A stretch of 39,849 bases of DNA from the NCBI RefSeq assembly GCF_001194135.2, contig NC_068983.1, positions 10,457,103 to 10,496,951 on the forward strand. Reading direction: 5' to 3'. Positions within the stretch are counted from its first letter, which is position 1, and every line of letters begins with the position of its first letter. A program made the translations under genes and the position numbers. Positions 34,280 to 39,849 of the stretch are shown here, in pieces. Source of the stretch: Octopus bimaculoides (Eukaryota). Below the pieces are notes generated by a model, which was not told the DNA's origin, searched no databases, and saw only the letters and a program-made list of their open reading frames with translations.

Positions 34280-36539
34280 AGATATTGTTTTCAAGTGATT
34301 CGCTTCTACTGTTACTCTTATATTTCAAACAGCTGATCGATTTTCAAAAAGTAGTTTACTGTGCATGCTCACTGGAGGTTTATCTTAGGTTTCTTCTTCT
34401 ATATTCTGTTCAGTTTCCATATGAGATAATCCACAATGTAAGAGATGCTGTACACTCGCCATTGGTCAGTCTGCTTTTACTACTGTCCATGACAAAGTCA
34501 GCAGCTTCACTATCTCTTGCTAGACTATTATCAGGTTGTGATAGTTGTCTTTTATAAAGCTCCTCCCCCAGTATGAGAGAGCAATTGGTCATTAAAAACA
34601 TCATCTCAGATTAAGTCATTGTTTAGTGTCCGATCATCCCCAATTGAGGTGGTCTCTGATTAGACATATTTCAGCAGTGATATTCTCATCTACGGTATAA
34701 CTAGAACTACATTATCCAATGTTTTCCATTTTTAAGATGAAATCACATGATTTAAGTATGTCAAGCAGCCATGGAGAGCTTTTTTGTATTTTTTTGTAGC
34801 TCATTCAAATGAAGTGTGTAGTGCTATGTATTAAGAGTGGAAATTATAAAGCAAAATGGTTAAGTTAGATATGAGGAATTTGGGTCTCGTAAATAAAATG
34901 ACATGGAATTGAGATTAATTTACAATATGTTCTGTTATAGATCTGGCCAGCCCATAGATGTTAAAAGGCTGATTAGAATGATAATACTATAATGCACAAC
35001 ATTCAAAAATATAATAGTTAAACTACATTTATCACAATAGTAAGACCAACTTCTCAAATTGTCTTAAGTGGATCTCATCCTACAGATTTATGGGTTTTTT
35101 TTTAACAATACATCATATAGTAAATGATGGATGATTTAAATGAACTACAAAAAACAATTATGGAAAGATACTGTGTGGAGACATGAAGGGACAGGCTCTG
35201 ATTATTTGGAGCATGCAAAGGAAAGGCTGCATGTGAAAAATCCTTTTTGAGTATGATGCAAATCTGTAACTAAATCACAGAGAAGATATGGGCCCTTTCT
35301 TGCCCACTTCGAGATTTGAATTATTCATGAACACTTTCAGGACAGATTATACACTGTACCTAAGTGAGATAGGGAGAGGGTGGGGGACTAGGAAGATTAT
35401 CAGAATTGGGGAGAGACCTGATCTAACCTTGTAGGTTGTGAATTGTCTTTGTTTATATATTCATTTAATTATTTTGTGTAGTTAAAGAATCATTAACGTG
35501 CTTCTTTACCCCTCTACTTGTTTTATATAACTTTTCTTTGTTCATCCCAATGTTTTTGTAATACTCAGTGTACATTTTATTGTATGCATGATTGAGCCTT
35601 AGCAACTGAACTGAAAAATTATTATTAGAGCAGTAAAGAAGCACTGGATTGGCAGAATAAAATACCTTGTTGTATTTGTTCTAACTCCTTGTGTTCTGAG
35701 TTTCAATTTACCTTTCATGTTTCCAAGTTTTCATAAAATAAAGGACCAGTCAAGTACTGGGATCAATACACCCATCAAAATTATTTACAACACTTGGTTT
35801 TCCTAAGCAGTTATCTGTTTAAGTACAAGTTCAAACGTTGCCTAACTTTGGTGTTTGCCTTAAGGACTGAGAAATAAAGAAAAGGTTTCTCAGAAACAGT
35901 AGCATTTTTGTTACATTTTTTTTTTTTTTTTTTTTTTGGCAAATGGGCTTTGACAAAACTATCTGATTGGGGCATTAACCAAATAATTAATCAAGAAACC
36001 AGTTAGTTAATTGGTTAAATGGTTAACCGAATTACTAATAAAATGAACTACAAAAAACAATTATGGAAAGATACAGTGTGGAGACATGAGGGGACAGGCT
36101 CTGATTATGTGGAGCATGCAAAGGAAAGGCTGCATGTGAAACAGAACCAGTGCGTGTTTTTTTTATTGGCATAACAACCCTTCCAAGATATAATGAAACA
36201 CCTAATCGAAGAGGAAACTTCAATAAGTACGATCTCTCTGTAGAGTGTAGGATTTAATTTTTCAGGTCCTTTTTAATCAAAAGTGAAAAAGAGTGAGAAG
36301 AGTGATGTTCTTGAGTTGTAGGAAAATGCAAGGGAAATTGAAATGGGCAAAGAAACAAAGAAAATGCACACTAGGTATAACAGTAATGGCTTTTTTAAAA
36401 TTAAAACAAAGATATATGCATACAAATAAATGATTTGATAGAAAGTCATAAGGGTTTCGTCATCGCTGTATGACTTTCTATATTGACTCATGATAATGAT
36501 TTTTATACTTCTTAATTCCGCTTCAAATCATTTATAGCC

Positions 36540-37080
36540 CACTTATGCGTACCTTTCCTTCATTGGACACTAAACTCTGCTTGCGAAGACCTGTTGAGGC
36601 AAGTGAAATCAAAATCAAATTCGATGACAGCACCACATGACTGGCATTCATGATAGTGGAGCACCAAGAGTACCATCCGAGTGTGATCGTTGCCAGGACT
36701 GCTGACTGGCTCCGATGCTGGTGGCACATAAAAAGCACCATTCAAGCTTGATCATTACCAGCGTCGCCTTACTGGCACGTGAAAAACAGTATTTGAGCAA
36801 GGTCACTGCCAGTGCTGCTGGATTGGCTCTTGTGCAGGTGGCACATAAAAAAACACCATTTGAGCATGGCCATTGCAAGTACCACCGGACTGACCCTCGT
36901 ACTGGTGGCACGTAAAAGCACCAATTACACTCTCGGAGTGGTTGGTGTTGGGAAGGGCTTCCAGCTGTAGAAACTCTGCCAGATCAGATTGGAACTTGGT
37001 GCAGCCATCCGGTTCACCAGTCCTCAGTCAAATCATCCAACCCATGCTAGCATAGAAAGCGGACATTAAACGATGATGAT
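36540..37080 (+). mobile_element. RTE 3'-end fragment (3' UTR with subrepeats and GAT tail)
   Basis: gaagacc...caagtga matches the ORF2 stop region at about 11380-11403. Same tail as 11500-11668. Confidence 0.8.
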
Positions 37081-38737
37081 GTATGTATATAGCTGTTTTT
37101 ATATTAAAAAAAAGCCATTATTTTTATACCTAGTGTGCATTTTCTTCGTTTCTTTTTACTTTTCCCCTATATACATATATATATACATATCAGTGACTGA
37201 ATATCTTTAAAATGATGTATTTAGCTCTTAAATTTTTGTAAATGAATGGAGCCATAATGGTTAATACATCAAGCTGCCCTCCTGTGATCTGTGGGCTCAA
37301 TTTTTTTTGATTATTTTGGTAATAATATTAGGGAACATATTTTGTTTGCCAATTACATTTACACACACACACACGTGTGTGCATAAATGTAATTGGCAAA
37401 CAAAGATGTTCCCTAATATTACTACCAATTAATCTAGATTTAGTTTTAATTCGAATATTCATAATGCCTGAATACACACCACGTATTAAAATAATCAAAA
37501 TAATAGCCGAAAGAAATTGAACCTACAAATCGCAGGAGACAGCTTGATGTATTAACCATTATAGATCCATTCATTTATAAAAGTTTAAGAGGTAAAAACG
37601 TCATTTTGTAACGATATTCAATAATGGCTATTTTAACGTCTTAAGATTGTTATCTCCCTTTAGTTTTGAGCAAATTTTAAAACCAAGTTTCCATTCTCTG
37701 TTAAGTCTTCCATATCAGAATCTATTCACTTCGTTTAGAATATGATTTTAGATTCGTCCCCACTCCTCCCCCTTTTTTTTAGTTGATTTCTTTTTGAAAT
37801 GGTCAATTTTGGAATTTTATTAGCTTAGTGATAGAATTATATTAAAACCATTCATAATGAAGTTTAATTTTGAGAGTTTATATTTTTCACACTCTTGTTC
37901 ACCCCTTTCAAATTCATGATTGACAGCAATCAAAAGCCTTCATACAATTTCTGTCAAATAAAATTTGAAAATGTAACAGTTGTCGCTCACAAATATAGTC
38001 AACACCTCCCCTCTCTCTCTCTTTCTCTTCTCACGATTATTATCCTTTTTCTTATTTCCTGTTTTTTCATACCTTTCACCCTGTTCCATAAACAATCTCA
38101 CTCTTAAAAATCCCACAATATTACTATTTTAAACTCACGTATACACGTTTTTTGGAATAAATATTTTACACACCATTTTTGTTGTAGAGCTATACATGAC
38201 TTCTGACATGTATAGCTGGTCACAGCCTAAAAAACTAGCAAAAAATGAAATCATTATTGAGTGAGAGAATTGTTTGTGCCGAAAAGATGTTTATGGTATT
38301 TGTTCTGAGTTCAAATCCTGCTGAAGTCAACTTTGCTTTTCATCTTTTCTGTGTCAATGCAATAAAGTACCAATCAAATATTGGAGCCAGTGTAACCATC
38401 TAACCATACCTCGTCGAAAGTTGCTGTCTTAGTGCTGATTAAGAAGCAATTATTAATTAACAGTCTGGAGGATGGATTGACTGAATCATCAGAGTGTCAA
38501 ATGAAATGTCTTGCAATTTTTGTTCTGGGTCTAAGACAATGATCTCGCAAAAATCATTAGCACACCGGGCAAACAGCTTCACAGTATTTTGTTTGTATGT
38601 TCTGTGTTCAAATTCAGCTGAGGTTGACTTTGCTTTTCATCCTTTCAGGGTTGATGTAATTGACTAACCAGCCTCATCCCAAATTTCAGGCCTTGTGCCT
38701 ATAGTAGAAAGGATTATTATTATTATTATTATTACTA

Positions 38738-39085
38738 CGTCTGCCTGACATGCCAGGTCCGCCTGAGTGGCTCCCATGCTGGTGGCACATAAAAAGCACC
38801 ATCCAAACGTGGCCAATGCCAGTGCCCCCTGACTGGCTCCCATGCCGGTGTTACATAAAATTCCCTATCCGAACGTGATCGATGCCAGTGCTGCCTGACT
38901 GGCCCCTGTGCCGGTGCTACGTAAAAAAGCACCCACTACACCCTCAGAGTGGTTGGTGTTAGGAAGGGCATCCAGCTGTAGAAACATTGCCAGATCAGAT
39001 TGGAGTCTGGTGCAGCTGGCTTTCCAGACCTCACTCAAACCATCCAACCCATGCTCGAATGGAAAACAGACGTTAAACGATGATT
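38738..39085 (+). mobile_element. RTE 3' UTR-derived copy
   Basis: Three copies of an approximately 65-bp subrepeat plus the gagtggttggtgttaggaagggcatccagctgtag...gacgttaaacgatg tail. Confidence 0.8.
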
Positions 39086-39812
39086 ATTATTATTATTATA
39101 ATTATTATTATTATTATAAAAAAAGGTGGTGATCTGGTAGAATTGGTAGCACACCAGACAAAATGCTTAGTGGCATTTTCATCTGTCTGTATATTCTGAG
39201 TTCAAATTCTGCCAAAGTCAACTTTACCTTTCATCCTTTCAGGGTCAATAAATCAAGTACCAGTGAAATACTGGAGTTAATGTAATCAATTAGTCTCCTC
39301 CCCCAAAATTTCAGGCCCTGTGCCTTTAGTAGAAAGGATTATTATTAAATTGCAAAAACTGGGATTAACTTGCACCATATTCCACCATATAAATACTGTT
39401 AATACTTGTCCATTCTCAAGTGAGTGTATTTCTTTATAGCAGCTGAAGGTTGTAAGTGTTAAAAGAGAATTTTCTTACAAAATATGAAGAACTTGCAAGT
39501 GAGGAGTGTCAGCTGCCTCAACAAATCAGCGAAACTCTATTCATGAGTATAAATATAAAACATGATTTAAAAAACAGAAAACAGTAACTCCCATTCCTTT
39601 GATATTCTTGAGCAATAAATATCTGAACGGAGCAAAATATAATGAACATTATTCTGTCTTTTATTATGAGTTGTATACGTTATATTGTGAATGTAAATAT
39701 AAAACTGATTAAAAGACATGTAGTTGAGAAGCTTGCTTCCCAAACTATGTGGTCTTGGGTTCAATTTCACTGTGCAGTAGATTTGGCAGATGGAAACTGA
39801 AATAAGCCCATC

Positions 39813-39849
<37 letters not shown>

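Noticed and set aside
34285-34604. Overlapping 90-aa and 64-aa ORFs downstream of HscB
   Set aside because: No recognisable domain and no linked splice structure. Likely chance ORFs.
1-39849. tRNA genes or CRISPR-like arrays
   Set aside because: The tRNA-like A/B boxes continue into SINE bodies without a complete cloverleaf. The repeats are dispersed SINEs or microsatellites with no repeat-spacer periodicity, in a eukaryotic context.

Overview
AT-rich eukaryotic (not prokaryotic) genomic DNA with several N gaps. The SINE/LINE repertoire and the dense (AT)n/(CA)n microsatellites point to an octopod cephalopod, probably Octopus (inference). Three protein-coding genes are supported. (1) A 166-aa single-Ig-domain type I membrane protein in one coding exon (2236-2736, +). 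(2) A multi-exon coiled-coil gene on the minus strand, missed by the ORF track (7 phase-compatible exons from 21539 to 5884; terminal exon unresolved; tentatively CCDC152-like). It contains a textbook U12-type (minor spliceosome) AT-AC intron at 14186-12831, with possible nested in-frame U2 sites (twintron-like). (3) A two-exon mitochondrial Fe-S co-chaperone HscB/HSC20 gene (27486-27968 + 32399-32776, +) whose zinc-knuckle has CxC instead of CxxC. The remainder is tRNA-derived SINEs (CORE-like and Deu/Nin-like), RTE and CR1-like LINE fragments, MITE/fold-back elements, local duplications and microsatellites. No CRISPR, rRNA or genuine tRNA genes were seen. All homology calls rest on motif recognition from memory, not database searches. 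Repeat boundaries are approximate.
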